Source: Thermofilum pendens Hrk 5 (lineage in GTDB: Archaea; Thermoproteota; Thermoprotei; Thermofilales; Thermofilaceae). From it: a stretch of DNA of 32,000 nucleotides. Location of the stretch: positions 630,001 through 662,000 of the forward strand of contig NC_008698.1 of NCBI RefSeq assembly GCF_000015225.1, given 5' to 3'. This document shows positions 31,521-32,000 of the stretch, piece after piece (position 1 is the stretch's first letter; every line of letters starts with the position of its first letter). Both the position numbers and the translations under genes were made by a program. The notes beneath the pieces were generated by a model. The model was given only the letters and a program-made list of their open reading frames with translations, did no database searches and was not told the origin of the DNA.

Positions 31521-32000
31521 CTAGACCAGACCGGCGATCCTAAGCATCGCCACGAAGAACATTAGTACGGTTAACGCCAGGAGATCCAGGTAGGAGAACC
31601 TGAGCCTAACTAAACGCGTAGGCTTCACCCCGGAACCGTACCCGCGCGCTTCTAGCGCCTCTGCTATCATCATGCTCCTCCTAACTTCAAACACTATTAG
31701 AGGTACAAGTAGGTAGACGTAGTTCTTTATCCTCACGCGCAGTTTCCCCCTCTCTAGCTCTAGCCCCCTACTCCTCAAGGCGTCCATTACCAGTTGCACG
31801 TCTGTAGCTAGCGTTGGCACAAACCTGAACGACATTGTAATGAGCAGGGAGTAGTCCCTCGGCACGCCTATTTCTTCCAGCGAGAGAGCTAGCTCCTCGG
31901 GAGGCGTGGTCATGAAGAAGACGGAGAATGCCGACATGAGCGCTAGGAAGCGTAGCGCCATGGCGAACGAAGTTAAAGCACCTTGCGGTGTGGGTGCGAA
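31521..32000 (-). CDS. cbiQ: ECF/cobalt transporter transmembrane component (EcfT/CbiQ family), 5'-truncated by the window edge
   Basis: The hydrophobic ORF continues past 32000. The motifs FRFVPTL, ALRSRG and AEALEARGY are typical of the CbiQ/EcfT C-terminal half. Confidence 0.8.
   Translation of the reverse strand, partial: FAPTPQGALTSFAMALRFLALMSAFSVFFMTTPPEELALSLEEIGVPRDYSLLITMSFRFVPTLATDVQLVMDALRSRGLELERGKLRVRIKNYVYLLVPLIVFEVRRSMMIAEALEARGYGSGVKPTRLVRLRFSYLDLLALTVLMFFVAMLRIAGLV

Overview
The window is a compact, mostly coding chromosomal segment. By gene content it comes from a hyperthermophilic crenarchaeon of Desulfurococcales/Pyrodictiaceae type; that assignment is an inference. Supporting content: TFB, TFE, aMBF1, a thermosome subunit, a CdvA-like protein, aTrm56, a Tes-like radical SAM enzyme, tRNAs with bulge-helix-bulge (BHB) introns, and TATA boxes about 26 nt upstream of start codons. 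GC looks mid-50s percent by eye.

Layout:
- 51-109: a C/D box sRNA downstream of map.
- 1127-7264 (+): a nucleic-acid metabolism run of translin-like, nfi, PF04008, pth2, truD and tmcA.
- 7306-11534 (-): PreA/DHOD-like, ribL, dph5, tfb and an Fcf1-like PIN gene.
- 11535-12044: an unexplained 510-nt gap.
- 12045-17862: a COG2403 P-loop gene, tRNA-Pro (three putative introns), tRNA-Leu, thermosome, a UPF0200/UPF0201 pair and RNase Z.
- 17950-19770: an orphan divergent gene pair.
- 19809-27580: DUF373, a Trm11-like methyltransferase, tRNA-Arg with a variable-loop intron, a CdvA-like/DUF1512-like divergent pair, a Tes-like radical SAM gene with two orphan ORFs, and a PUA protein.
- 27761-32000: a tightly coupled mbf1-hflX-trm56-tfe operon, an HTH protein, and a partial ECF/CbiQ permease gene.

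I recognised no rRNA, CRISPR array, transposase or integrase.

The most interesting signal is the orphan module at 17950-19770. Its roughly 470-aa protein carries two LAGLIDADG-like motifs 102 residues apart. Its last ~30 codons plus 3' flank recur as truncated relics at 13462-13610 (+) and 30614-30751 (-). Its left-flank motif recurs at 11793-11840. Together these suggest a multi-copy, possibly selfish gene family.

All homology calls rest on motif recognition from memory, not on database searches.
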